Shown piece after piece: positions 21,801 through 30,756 of a stretch of 64,000 bases of DNA. Under the pieces are notes generated by a model. It was not told the origin of the DNA. It ran no database searches and was given only the letters and a program-made list of their open reading frames with translations. The stretch is from an uncultured candidate division Zixibacteria bacterium (GTDB lineage: Bacteria; Zixibacteria; MSB-5A5; UBA10806), in NCBI GenBank assembly GCA_963801605.1, contig CAWDFP010000007.1, positions 192,001-256,000 of the forward strand, in the 5' to 3' direction. Both the position numbers and the translations under genes were made by a program. The stretch's first letter is position 1. Each line of letters begins with the position of its first letter.

Positions 21801-23000
21801 CATGCTAATCTATTCTCAGCAGCGTTACGCCGTTGCGGCCTCGATTCAGAGGTACTGGCGGAAACCGATTCCAGATCCCTTGAACTTGGTAGAAAGAATA
21901 CCGGAGGACGCGAATGCTATCCGGCGGTTTTAACCACCGGCGATCTGCTTCGCGAGCTTGAAAGACCGGGCGTTGATCCCAATAAGATCGCCTTCTTTAT
22001 GCCGACTTCCGGCGGGCCATGCCGTTTCGGGCAATATCAGCAGCTTCACCAACAGATATTGGAAAACCTGGGGTATGGTGATGTACCAGTTTATTCACCA
22101 ACATCCGATAATTCCTACGGCACATTTCCGGAAACTGACAAATCGTTCCGCAGGCTGGCCTGGCGGGGATTTCTGACCGCGGATTATATCAGAAAATTCC
22201 TGCTTCGGACCAGGCCATACGAAAACAATCCGGGAGCCGCGGATCAGATTTATCAGCGTTATATGGACGAGGCTACTCGCGATATCGAACTCGGAGGAAC
22301 TCATCTTCCGGAAATTATTCAAGCCTGTTATCAGGCCAACCAGAATATTATTGATTCTGGTATTAAGAAAAAGCCTCGGGTCGGAGTGATCGGCGAGATT
22401 TATATTCGCAATAATCCCTTTTCCAATAATCATCTGTTAGAAAAACTCGAATCGCAGGGGCTTGAAGCCGATATCGCCAGTTTCTCGGAGTGGATTCATT
22501 ATACCACCGAGGAATATAAAACGGAGTCATGGAGAAAGCGCTCCTGGCGGGGAATGCTCAGCGCCACCATTAAAGCTTATATTCAAAAAAGAGATGAGCA
22601 CTGGGTTATAAGTAATGTTATTGATGAACTTAACGGCGATCGGGAACATCCTATAAGGGAGGTGCTTGGGTATGCCGGGCCATATTTGCCCATCTCAGTT
22701 GGCGGTGAGGCAATGCCCGCTATAGGCAAAGCGATCGACTTGATCAAGCATGGTTGCGTCGGGATAGTCAACACGCTTCCCTTTACCTGTATGCCGGGTA
22801 ATATTATCAATGCCATCTCGTCAAAAATAACCCGCGATTTTAATAATATCCCCTGGCTTAATATGGCTTACGAGGGCGCCTCCGGAGAAAACGATTTAGT
22901 ACGAATTGGGGCGTTTGCAGAGAGCGTCAAATCATGGGCGGCACTCAATTCCTCCGATGAAAAGCTAAAAGATGCCGAATTCTCTAAATTAAGGCGATAG
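18807..23000 (+). CDS. CoA-substrate-specific enzyme activase fusion (two BadF/BadG/BcrA/BcrD ATPase domains plus DUF2229/dehydratase-like domains)
   Basis: Two G[LI]DIGS and CAAGTGSFL modules, RC[ST]VF, CEDCANMC, ETCFPVK, FGCGPD, GPCRFGQY and PFTCMPG. Confidence 0.88.
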   Translation: MEGPKLRLGLDIGSVSLYLIVLDDNDSVIKSYYIRHKGDPIGCAQSAIIQASNEFGEFKYCGFTGNGALQLARIMEAPFLNEFSAISAAVAKLIPSARTIFEMGGQQAKYIHLASDSAGNATSLDDFAASGLCAAGTGSFLDQQATRIGIDIETEFGQLAVQSVNPPHIAGRCSVFAKSDMIHHQQRGVPVQDIIAGLCYAVARNFKGTIAKSKRLDKPVVFLGGVASNPGVVKAFTDVFELTEGELIVPEWHKFAGAIGAASLAREYSLEINQFNEKCREASLLSASGMPRTTALSYLFPETKSYDKTLREEKPRSDVKAGFLGIDIGSLSTNVVLIDENCEVVSRRYLMTAGRPIEAMQRGLREIREEIAPDFEVLGVATTGSGRYLIGELVGADIIRNEITAQATGGAYFVPDADTIFEIGGQDSKYISLDNGVVVDFEMNRACAAGTGSFLEEQAERLAINIKKQFADLAFSAPKPVSCGERCTVFMESDLVRYEQGGASKEEITAGLALAVVHNYLNKVVGRKRVGNKILFQGGVAWNKAVVAAFETVVGKEIMVPPHHDITGAIGAAILVRNVKPAKTNFKGFDLALRKIAQETFRCEDCANMCNITRVIDSGRELYYGSRCEKYDAEGSAKGTAINSVIIRNRKFFASPGKTEKSRPLTVGLPRALANWEYYYFWRRFFGELGIKVLISKASAGEVIQEGVESVGSETCFPVKVAHGHLIDIAKRKLDFIFLPSIITGVENPPKGTNNYYCPYIQAFPFIAAASIRDLQDKDIVSPVIRFGEGLEAVTRVLFAALKKYELTEKEIRNALDSAMRKFDEFKRELIESGKEYLSTISHDRPGILLIGRPYNSLDPGVSMDIAKKLTDLGVTVIPMEMAPVFADDFGFVYWQSGRRILRAAKFARQTPNLYPVYISNFGCGPDSFILHHFKRIMGDKPHLILELDEHSADAGLVTRCEAFLDSLPKGDKAFPAPELQLHSNGYKRKLLIPRMCDHANLFSAALRRCGLDSEVLAETDSRSLELGRKNTGGRECYPAVLTTGDLLRELERPGVDPNKIAFFMPTSGGPCRFGQYQQLHQQILENLGYGDVPVYSPTSDNSYGTFPETDKSFRRLAWRGFLTADYIRKFLLRTRPYENNPGAADQIYQRYMDEATRDIELGGTHLPEIIQACYQANQNIIDSGIKKKPRVGVIGEIYIRNNPFSNNHLLEKLESQGLEADIASFSEWIHYTTEEYKTESWRKRSWRGMLSATIKAYIQKRDEHWVISNVIDELNGDREHPIREVLGYAGPYLPISVGGEAMPAIGKAIDLIKHGCVGIVNTLPFTCMPGNIINAISSKITRDFNNIPWLNMAYEGASGENDLVRIGAFAESVKSWAALNSSDEKLKDAEFSKLRR

Positions 23001-23016
23001 AATAATTTTTAGAATT

Positions 23017-23050
23017 AAAAAAAAGGCGGCACTATTACGGTTGCCGCCTT
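23017..23050. terminator. Terminator between the convergent activase and rocD genes
   Basis: A-tract, then AAGGCGGCA-N10-TGCCGCCTT; the U-tract lies on the minus (rocD) strand. Confidence 0.7.
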
Positions 23051-23077
23051 AATTGTTTTCGAATTTACCAATAATAA

Positions 23078-24361
23078 CTAATCTACCAATACCTTCTCAA
23101 GCCGTTCCAGCAGATAATCGCACTCATCATTATTGATGATGAGCGGAGGCGATATCCTGATTGTATGGCCGTGGCTATCGTTGGCAAGAACACCGAGATC
23201 GAGCAACTTGCGGCAATAAACCATGGCGTCACCGGCTTTAACTTCGATGCCAATAAACAAGCCTCTGCCCCGCACTTCTTTGACATGTGTCGAACGGCTG
23301 GCGATATCGAGAATTTTCTTTTTCAAAATTGCACCCTGCGAGGCAGACCGAGCGGGCAAATCCTCGTTGACTATTACATCGAGCGCGGCGTTGCCGGCTA
23401 CACATGCCAACGGATAACCGCCAAATGTCGAGCCGTCCTGACCGGGTTGGAAGCACATATCCATGATGGCAGTATTGGTGACGAATACGGAAACCGGCAC
23501 CAAGCCGCCTGCTATCGCTTTGCCAAGGATCAGACCATCGGGAACAACATTCTCATGCTGAAAACAAAACATCTTGCCGGTACGCCCAAGACCGACCTGG
23601 ATTTCATCGAATATCAACATTAAATCATTCTTGTCAGCAATCTCCCGTAAACCTTTTAGGAATCCCTCGGGAGGCATATACATGCCGCCCTCGCCCTGCA
23701 TTGGTTCGACTAATATACCGCAGGTATTCTTATTGACGGCTTTCTCGACGGCGCTGATATCGCCATATTCGACACTCACAAATCCCGGGGTTAAAGGGCC
23801 AAAACCGGTTTTGTATTTGGCGGTGGTGGAAAAGGAGATTATCGTAATCATGCGGCCATGGAAATTATTGTTGAAAACAATGATCTCCTGTTTGCCGTCG
23901 GGAATTCCCTTGGATTTATAACCGTAGAATCTGGCGCATTTGATGGCGGTTTCAACTGATTCGACTCCGCCATTTTTGGGAAGCACTTTGTTGCCATTAT
24001 TTCCAAAACGAGGGCCAAGTTGAGGAGTCAGGTCGGCAACCTTCTTGAGAAAAACGCCCAAGGCATCGGTATAGACCACATTGGAAATCACAGAGGCGTA
24101 ATTGCCCTCAAGCGCCTCGACCAAAGCCGCTACGATTTTGGGATGATGATGGCCGGCGTTGGCGGCGGAATAAGCAGCCAGGCAATCCAGGTATTCCTTA
24201 TCGTCCATACTCGTAAGCCAGCAACCCTTAGTTTTTCGCACCACCAAATTCAGCCGTCCATAATGATGGGCCCCATTAGTCTTCTCAAAATTGACGATAT
24301 CCTCGTCGGGAATATTTGAGAAGCCTATTTTTTCTGTATGCGCAATATTATAGTTTTTCAT
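23078..24361 (-). CDS. rocD: Ornithine aminotransferase (class III PLP aminotransferase)
   Basis: YLDCLAAYSA..GHHHP, NFHGR, EPMQGEGG, DEIQVGLGRTG, GKAIAGG and GSTFGG. Confidence 0.82.
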   Translation of the reverse strand: MKNYNIAHTEKIGFSNIPDEDIVNFEKTNGAHHYGRLNLVVRKTKGCWLTSMDDKEYLDCLAAYSAANAGHHHPKIVAALVEALEGNYASVISNVVYTDALGVFLKKVADLTPQLGPRFGNNGNKVLPKNGGVESVETAIKCARFYGYKSKGIPDGKQEIIVFNNNFHGRMITIISFSTTAKYKTGFGPLTPGFVSVEYGDISAVEKAVNKNTCGILVEPMQGEGGMYMPPEGFLKGLREIADKNDLMLIFDEIQVGLGRTGKMFCFQHENVVPDGLILGKAIAGGLVPVSVFVTNTAIMDMCFQPGQDGSTFGGYPLACVAGNAALDVIVNEDLPARSASQGAILKKKILDIASRSTHVKEVRGRGLFIGIEVKAGDAMVYCRKLLDLGVLANDSHGHTIRISPPLIINNDECDYLLERLEKVLVD

Positions 24362-24523
24362 GGAAAACTCCTTTTATCGCTAAATTGAATACTGATTTTT
24401 CGGGAATTAATACAATGGGGACAGAAAAGCTTACAGCTGGCCTTTGAGGTAAATACGCCACATCATACGGCGTATTAAAAGCATCGAAACATCGCTATTT
24501 TTAGGTCTCCTCATCACGGACAT

Positions 24524-24552
24524 AACCTACTATCATTTAAGGGTTTTGTCAA
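24524..24552 (-). promoter_or_regulatory. Sigma70-type promoter for the rocD leader
   Basis: TTGACA-N17-TAGGTT, about 160 nt upstream of the rocD start. Confidence 0.55.
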
Positions 24553-24757
24553 GGATTTTCGAGGCCGATTTGGATGCCATGGATGTTCTTTAGAGCCTCT
24601 CCCCTAATTAGAATACTGGAAATCCCGGGGATTTGTTTCACTTAAGAAGGATATCGATTTAAAGGTAAATTAATTAATGATTAGAGGAAAAACCGAGTGT
24701 TAAGGCATTTACTTAATTCACAGACTATGAAGTCCAGTCAAAACTAACCGGTCGAAT

Positions 24758-26101
24758 TTATATAGATTTAGTTTTCCATCGTCCGGTTCTAAACCAGATG
24801 AAGATGGCGATACCTTTTATAATTGTCGAGATGGTAATAGCCCAAAAGATGCCTGACGGCCCCATGCCCATTGGTATCGCCAGAAAATATGAAAGTGGAA
24901 TGCGCAAAAGCGTCCCCGGAATGGAGACAATCATAGGAGGAAGAGTGTTGCCAGCGCCCGCAAATGCGCCTTCGAGAACAAATTCCAGAGCCATGAAAAC
25001 CTGTGAGAATGCGATAATACGCAGATACGATCCGGCAATCTTGATGACTTCGGGATCTGTTGTCAATATCGCCGGGATTTTCTCTGAGAAAAAGAAAAAT
25101 GCCAGTCCAAATATAAATGTTATCGATGTTATTATACTCAGCGTTGTATAGGCCGCCTTGGTTGCTCGCTCCGGTTGCCTGGCGCCAAGGTTTTGCCCTA
25201 CCATGGTTGAGGCAGCAATATAGAAACCGAAACAGGTCATGTACGAAATCGATTCAGCCCGATTGCCAACCGGAATAGCGGCCACGGCCACTGTGCCGAA
25301 TTCGGACATGATCCGAGTCATGGCAAGATATACGAAAGCGAAATTGATCGACGCCAGCGATGTCGGCAGGCCGATTTTGACCATTTTCCAAATAATAGAA
25401 AAATCAATCTTACCCTTTATAGACGGCAGGATTCGAAATGGAATCTTCCCCTTGAGAACAAAATAGAATCCCAGGCCAAGCGCCAGCGTATGGGCAGTTG
25501 ATGTCGCGATAGCCGCTCCCATAGTCTCCAGGCGCGGAAATATCCAAATACCGTAGATAAGAAGAATATCTAAAACTATATTTGTCGCTACAGCGGTGAT
25601 CATAACGATCATCGGCGTGGTAGTATCACCTATGGCGCGAAAGATGGCGCCGATTGTCTCGGCAATAAATAATGATGGCGCCGCAAGGAATATTATTTGA
25701 AGATAGATTCGTCCCATGCGTTCGACATCGGGAGCTAAATTGAGCATATGATAAATATTGTGCGAAAAGATGACACCCAAAGCGCCAAATCCTACAGAGA
25801 ATATTGCCGCGAATTTGATTATATGTTTGGCTTTTTCCGAGGCAGCCTCAAGTTCACCGGCCCCATAATGTCGAGAGATCATTGCCACTGTGCCCACCGC
25901 GAAAACATCCATGAGTGAGAATATCAGCCAAACAACAAAACCAGCCGATCCGACCGCCGCCACTTGCGCCGCACCCAGATGTCCAACCAGCCCGGTATCG
26001 ATCAGGTTGTTTAGCACAATGGCAAACATCGAAAACAGCGCCGGGACTGCCAGCGCTACCACATGACGGGGGATTGACCCTTGTGTAAGATCTCGTGCCA
26101 T
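24758..26101 (-). CDS. MATE family efflux transporter
   Basis: DLTQG N-terminus, about 12 TM segments, GDTTTPM and GQNLGA motifs. Confidence 0.92.
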   Translation of the reverse strand: MARDLTQGSIPRHVVALAVPALFSMFAIVLNNLIDTGLVGHLGAAQVAAVGSAGFVVWLIFSLMDVFAVGTVAMISRHYGAGELEAASEKAKHIIKFAAIFSVGFGALGVIFSHNIYHMLNLAPDVERMGRIYLQIIFLAAPSLFIAETIGAIFRAIGDTTTPMIVMITAVATNIVLDILLIYGIWIFPRLETMGAAIATSTAHTLALGLGFYFVLKGKIPFRILPSIKGKIDFSIIWKMVKIGLPTSLASINFAFVYLAMTRIMSEFGTVAVAAIPVGNRAESISYMTCFGFYIAASTMVGQNLGARQPERATKAAYTTLSIITSITFIFGLAFFFFSEKIPAILTTDPEVIKIAGSYLRIIAFSQVFMALEFVLEGAFAGAGNTLPPMIVSIPGTLLRIPLSYFLAIPMGMGPSGIFWAITISTIIKGIAIFIWFRTGRWKTKSI

Positions 26102-26234
26102 AATAAAATGCCCCGGCCATTCGGGCGGGGCGTTACCTCAAGATAGCAATACGTCAGTATAGGCGCAAGGTTTCTATGGAACTGCTGTAAATTTTCTATT
26201 GATCTAAATATTATAAATCTAAAATATTCCGCCT

Positions 26235-26384
26235 GGTGTCGGGTCTCCGCACCCGACACCTTAAGCGATCAGCTTCGGAGTCCTGAGCGCACAGGATTTT
26301 CGGGGCGGCCGAGGAGGGCTGCCATCCAAAACGCTTACAGGGTAACATGCTTATCCCGTCTTCGACGGGACAAGCATGCCACCC
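26235..26384. repeat. Cluster of REP-like palindromic hairpins between rnhB and the MATE gene
   Basis: GGTGTCGGGT-N6-ACCCGACACC, an imperfect stem at 26272-26306, and a 21-bp stem at 26340-26384. Confidence 0.55.
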
Positions 26385-26399
26385 AGGTTTTCGTAGGTG

Positions 26400-27016
26400 C
26401 TACAAATTCAAGAAATATGTTGAGACCGGATGAAAGCTTTTACGATGAATAGGACAAGGTCCTAAGCGCAGGAGATTAGCCAAATGCTCTTCGGTGCCAT
26501 ATCCCTTGTGTTTCGCGAAACCATATTCGGGATACTGCTCACTGAATTTGCACATTAACTCGTCTCGATGAGTCTTAGCGAGAATCGAGGCTGCCGCTAT
26601 GCAGGCTTCCGATCTATCGCCTCCGATAATGGCCCGCTGCTCATAAATCAAATCTGGTATTTTCATGTGGCCATCGACAAGAATAAGTTCGGGTTCAATT
26701 CCCAACCCGGCAATAGCCTGACGCATCGCCAGAAATGTCGCTTGAAGGATATTGATCTTATCGACAGTCTCAGGATCAACGACGCCTATGCCCCACCGGC
26801 ACGATGAGTTGATTATTCGGCGCGTTGAAATTCGCGCTGCCTGGGAGTCAGTCGTTTGGAATCATCGATACCTTCAGTCGAAAAATCTGAACTCAAGATA
26901 ACAGCCGCCGCTACAACCGGACCAGCCAATGGTCCCCGACCGGCCTCATCCACTCCGCAAATCAAGCCGGATCGCCTTCCGGGATGATTTTTCTTTTGGC
27001 CGGACTTTTCGAGCAT
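26400..27016 (-). CDS. rnhB: Ribonuclease HII, split by one frameshift
   Basis: [14 protein letters not shown] and DSK motifs. Adding one base at ~26820 gives [29 protein letters not shown], which joins [13 protein letters not shown] and HKGYGT. Confidence 0.9.
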
Positions 27017-27098
27017 TGCTGGAATTCCTAACTCCTGATAATTGCCTGAGTAATATGCCTGAGGATTATTTTATAATGAGAAGCCGTTATATTTCACC

Positions 27099-27159
27099 AA
27101 AAAAAAGTGAGGACTGAGAATTAATTTTCCCCAGTCCTCAGCACTCAGTCCTCAGTCCT
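27099..27159 (-). terminator. rplS terminator built from heptamer repeats
   Basis: On the minus strand, TGAGGACTG...CAGTCCTCA stem followed by 8 T; four tandem CAGTCCT-like heptamers at 27132-27159. Confidence 0.7.
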
Positions 27160-27161
27160 GA

Positions 27162-27509
27162 CTATTCTTCCCGTTTTTCGTCGATACGAGCTTTCTTGCC
27201 TTTGAGGTCGCGAAGATAATAAAGTTTGGCCCGTTTAACTCGACCCTGCTTAATCAACTCAATCTTGGCGACATTAGGCGAGTGTAATGGAAATACTCTT
27301 TCCACTCCAACGCCCGCAGATACCTTGCGCACCGTAAAAGCCTGCGAAATACCGCTTCCGCCTCTGGCAATGACTGTACCCTGGAAGATCTGAATTCTCT
27401 CTTTATCGCCTTCCTTGATCTTAACATGAACCCTGATGGTGTCTCCCGGGGAGAACTCAGGGATATCGGATTTGCGATATTTTGTCTCAAGCGCCTTTAG
27501 AAGCGACAT
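27162..27509 (-). CDS. rplS: 50S ribosomal protein L19
   Basis: [32 protein letters not shown] and RAKLYYLR. Confidence 0.97.
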   Translation of the reverse strand: MSLLKALETKYRKSDIPEFSPGDTIRVHVKIKEGDKERIQIFQGTVIARGGSGISQAFTVRKVSAGVGVERVFPLHSPNVAKIELIKQGRVKRAKLYYLRDLKGKKARIDEKREE

Positions 27510-27523
27510 AACACTACTCCTCT

Positions 27524-28246
27524 TTATTTAACGTATTCGTTCAATATCTTTGCTTCTTCACCATTAAGTTCCCTGCCAATCAACATATCAGGGCGCTTGG
27601 TCTTGGTGCGCCAGATGGCGTTACCCAGCCGCCAACGGCGAATATTCTCATGATGTCCCGATATCAGCACCTCGGGAACCCGGTGCCCCTCGAAAACCTC
27701 GGGTCTGGTATATTCCTCAGCCCCCAGAAATCCCGAATAATGCGAATCCTCGGCGGCCGAGCCAAAGTCCTTGAGAGTTCCCGGCAAAAGCCGCAATATT
27801 GCGTCGGCCATAACAATCGCGGCATATTCGCCGCCGGTGAGGACATAGTCTCCAATCGAGACTTCCCTTAAATGTGCAATCTCAATAGCCCGCTGGTCAA
27901 CACCTTTGTAATGCCCGCAGACGATTATTATCCATTCTTTCCCGGAAAATTCTTTGGCCATTTGTTGGTCAAATAGATCGCCTCCGGCTGACGTAATCAA
28001 CCTGACGGCTTTTTCATCGGGATCGATCTTTCTGACTGCTTCAATTATCGGCTCCGGTTTTAAAACCATCCCCGGTCCGCCGCCGTAGGGAATATCATCT
28101 ACGACCTTGTGTTTATCGGATGTAAAATCACGTAGATCGTGTACCTTAATATCAAAAATGCCATTTTCGCGGCCACGTCCGATCAGGCTTTCCGAAAGTG
28201 GATAGTCAACCATATTGGGGAAGATTGTTATAATGTCGACTCTCAT
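27524..28246 (-). CDS. trmD: tRNA (guanine37-N1)-methyltransferase
   Basis: [27 protein letters not shown] and VPEVLISG; conserved synteny. Confidence 0.96.
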   Translation of the reverse strand: MRVDIITIFPNMVDYPLSESLIGRGRENGIFDIKVHDLRDFTSDKHKVVDDIPYGGGPGMVLKPEPIIEAVRKIDPDEKAVRLITSAGGDLFDQQMAKEFSGKEWIIIVCGHYKGVDQRAIEIAHLREVSIGDYVLTGGEYAAIVMADAILRLLPGTLKDFGSAAEDSHYSGFLGAEEYTRPEVFEGHRVPEVLISGHHENIRRWRLGNAIWRTKTKRPDMLIGRELNGEEAKILNEYVK

Positions 28247-28251
28247 AAATA

Positions 28252-28749
28252 CTAATATAAACCTTCGAGTTTTTTAATCACAATCCTTTTATTCTTTACA
28301 TCTACCGAAATTACTACTTGCTTAATAAGCGGAATTAAAATTTCCCCGCTCTCGCCAATTACACTTAAAACATCGTTTGCCGAGAGATAATCGATGCCTC
28401 TAACCTTGCCTAAGTGCTTGCCGTTCTCCTCGAATACATCGCAGCCTTCGAGCTGGTAATGATAATACTCCCCGTCTTCGAGACCGACCAGATCCTTTTC
28501 CTCGATCAGTACCTCTCCACCCTGCCAAAACTGGGCTGCCTTGTCATCGTCGATCCCAATCAGCTTAATTACGATACGCTCATGAATAAATTTGACCGAG
28601 TCGATGACGCAGTTTTGGCCGCTGTTATCCTTTTGAAGGGTAACCTCAATACCTGGTCGGAGACTTTGAGTGTTTGGCCGATAAGGAATGACCGCCAGCT
28701 CTCCTCTGAACCCTCGTGGCTTATTTATGTATGCCACAGAAATTTTCAT
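28252..28749 (-). CDS. rimM: 16S rRNA processing protein RimM
   Basis: GEYYHYQLEG, ANDVL and ILIP motifs; located between the KH protein and trmD. Confidence 0.92.
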   Translation of the reverse strand: MKISVAYINKPRGFRGELAVIPYRPNTQSLRPGIEVTLQKDNSGQNCVIDSVKFIHERIVIKLIGIDDDKAAQFWQGGEVLIEEKDLVGLEDGEYYHYQLEGCDVFEENGKHLGKVRGIDYLSANDVLSVIGESGEILIPLIKQVVISVDVKNKRIVIKKLEGLY

Positions 28750-28786
28750 GCCGAAACTGGCGGTCCGACAAGACTCGTGAGCTGGT

Positions 28787-29017
28787 CTATTCCAATATCT
28801 CCAAAAGGGCTCGTTTGCCTTTTTTCGCCGAAACAGCCGAAATTAAAATCCGGATAGCCTTGGCCGTTTGCCCTTTTCTTCCAATAACCTTTCCCAGATC
28901 TTCTTGGAAAACGCGGAGTTCATAAACGGTCGTCTTTTCGCCCTCAACTTCAGCTACTTTAACGTCGTCAGGATGATCGACCAGTGCTCGTGCGATGAAT
29001 TCGATAAACTCCTTCAC
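28787..29017 (-). CDS. khpA: KH-domain RNA-binding protein
   Basis: LVDHPDDV and [13 protein letters not shown]; conserved synteny. Confidence 0.92.
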   Translation of the reverse strand: MKEFIEFIARALVDHPDDVKVAEVEGEKTTVYELRVFQEDLGKVIGRKGQTAKAIRILISAVSAKKGKRALLEILE

Positions 29018-29063
29018 ATTTCCTCCTTAGTTGAAATAGAATATGAGGCTCAATAGGAAACAG

Positions 29064-29408
29064 CTACTTGGCTGCCTTAGCCTTTCTCTTCTTTGTTCTT
29101 TCCGTGACAGTCGTTTTCAGTTCCAGTGCCGAAACGTCCTCACCTTTCTTTTTCCTGGTCCACTTTTCCAGGAGACCAGTTTCTTTTAACAACGAATTTA
29201 CCGTGTCGGATGTTTCAGCGCCCTTCTCCAACCAGGTAATTATTTTGTCCCCATCGAGGGTAACTTTGCCCGGTTTTTCCAATGGATGATAATACCCAAG
29301 TACCTCAATGAATCGTCCGTCCCGCGGATTGCGCGAATCGGTCGCTACCAGCCTGTAATATGGGCGATTCCTGGTTCCCATCCGACGTAATCTGATCGTA
29401 ACTGCCAC
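29064..29408 (-). CDS. rpsP: 30S ribosomal protein S16
   Basis: VTIRLRRMG, YRLVATDSRNPRDGRFIE. Confidence 0.97.
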   Translation of the reverse strand: MAVTIRLRRMGTRNRPYYRLVATDSRNPRDGRFIEVLGYYHPLEKPGKVTLDGDKIITWLEKGAETSDTVNSLLKETGLLEKWTRKKKGEDVSALELKTTVTERTKKRKAKAAK

Positions 29409-29448
29409 TTGTCCTCCTGCTTGACCTTCCTTGAGAGGTCGGGATTGT

Positions 29449-30756
29449 TTATATCGGGAATCCCTTTGGCAAGGTCATCCGCGAAAATTGTTTAATCATC
29501 TTCTGCATCGACGCAAACTGCTTGAGCAGCATATTAATTTGCTGCACCGATGTCCCCGAGCCGGCGGCTATTCGCTTGCGACGGGAGCCATCTATTATTG
29601 ACGGATTCATCCGCTCTTTCTTGGTCATGCTATTGATTATAGCTTCCACACGGACTAACCCGGACTCATCTACTGTAATACCCTTGAGTTGCTTTCCCAT
29701 TCCCGGAATCATTTCCATAAGATTCTGCAACGGGCCCATCTTTTTGAGCTGTTTCAGCTGAGAAAGAAAATCCTCGAAAGTGAAGCTTTCTTTGCGAAGC
29801 TTCTTTTCGAGCTTTTCCGCCTCCTCCATGTCAATCGCATCCTGGGCCTTTTCAACTAACGATACAATATCGCCCATCCCAAGAATACGTGAGGCAATGC
29901 GGCTGGGATGAAATTCCTCGAGGTCGGAGAGTTTTTCACCAACGCCGATAAATTTTATGGGGATACCCAAAGCAGCTCTAAGCGACATCGCGGCGCCGCC
30001 CCTGGCATCACCATCCATCTTGGTTAAAACCGCCCCGGTTAAGCCCGCTCGCTTGTGAAATTCCGAAGCCACATTTAGAGCTTCCTGACCGGTCATGGCA
30101 TCAGCCACAAACAGCGTCTCTTGAGCGCCGGAAACTTTCTTGACATCCGATAGCTCGGTCATAAGCTCATTGTCTATCTGCAAACGACCGGCGGTATCTA
30201 TTATGACGATGTCATACATCTTTTCCCTGGCGAAAGAGATCGCATCCTTAGCAATATCAGACGCGCTCTTTTCGACGGTAAAAAACGGAATCTGAATTGA
30301 TTCTGCCAATACCTCCAGTTGCTTCTTGGCTGCCGGACGATGAATATCTGCCGCCACAAGCAGGGGACGGTTTCCCTTTTTGCGAAGATAAAGCGCCAGT
30401 TTGCCTGCTAACGTTGTTTTGCCTGAGCCCTGCAAACCGGCCAATAAGATTATCGTGGGGGGTGTGGGTGATATCGCCAGTTCGGCACGATTTCCGCCCA
30501 GAAGTTCCACCATTTCATCATGAACTATCTTGATCAACTGCTGGCCAGGAGTTATTGATTTGGTTACTTCCTGCCCAATAGCTTTCTTTTCAATTTCAGA
30601 AACAAAATTCTTAACGGCCTTGTAATTAACGTCAGCTTCCAGAAGAGCCAACCGGATCTCTTTACCAGCATCCTGGATATTCTTCTCCGAAAGGTAGCCG
30701 CGTCCGGTTAGCTTCTTGAAAATGCCGTCGAGTTTATCAGTTATCTGTTCAAACAT
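29449..30756 (-). CDS. ffh: Signal recognition particle protein
   Basis: GLQGSGKTT, DTAGR, TKMDGDARGGAA and Met-rich M domain. Confidence 0.97.
   Translation of the reverse strand: MFEQITDKLDGIFKKLTGRGYLSEKNIQDAGKEIRLALLEADVNYKAVKNFVSEIEKKAIGQEVTKSITPGQQLIKIVHDEMVELLGGNRAELAISPTPPTIILLAGLQGSGKTTLAGKLALYLRKKGNRPLLVAADIHRPAAKKQLEVLAESIQIPFFTVEKSASDIAKDAISFAREKMYDIVIIDTAGRLQIDNELMTELSDVKKVSGAQETLFVADAMTGQEALNVASEFHKRAGLTGAVLTKMDGDARGGAAMSLRAALGIPIKFIGVGEKLSDLEEFHPSRIASRILGMGDIVSLVEKAQDAIDMEEAEKLEKKLRKESFTFEDFLSQLKQLKKMGPLQNLMEMIPGMGKQLKGITVDESGLVRVEAIINSMTKKERMNPSIIDGSRRKRIAAGSGTSVQQINMLLKQFASMQKMIKQFSRMTLPKGFPI

Noticed and set aside
26235..26384. CRISPR array or tRNA in the hairpin-rich gap
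   Set aside because: No regularly spaced direct repeats, and no cloverleaf with D-arm, T-arm and anticodon geometry.
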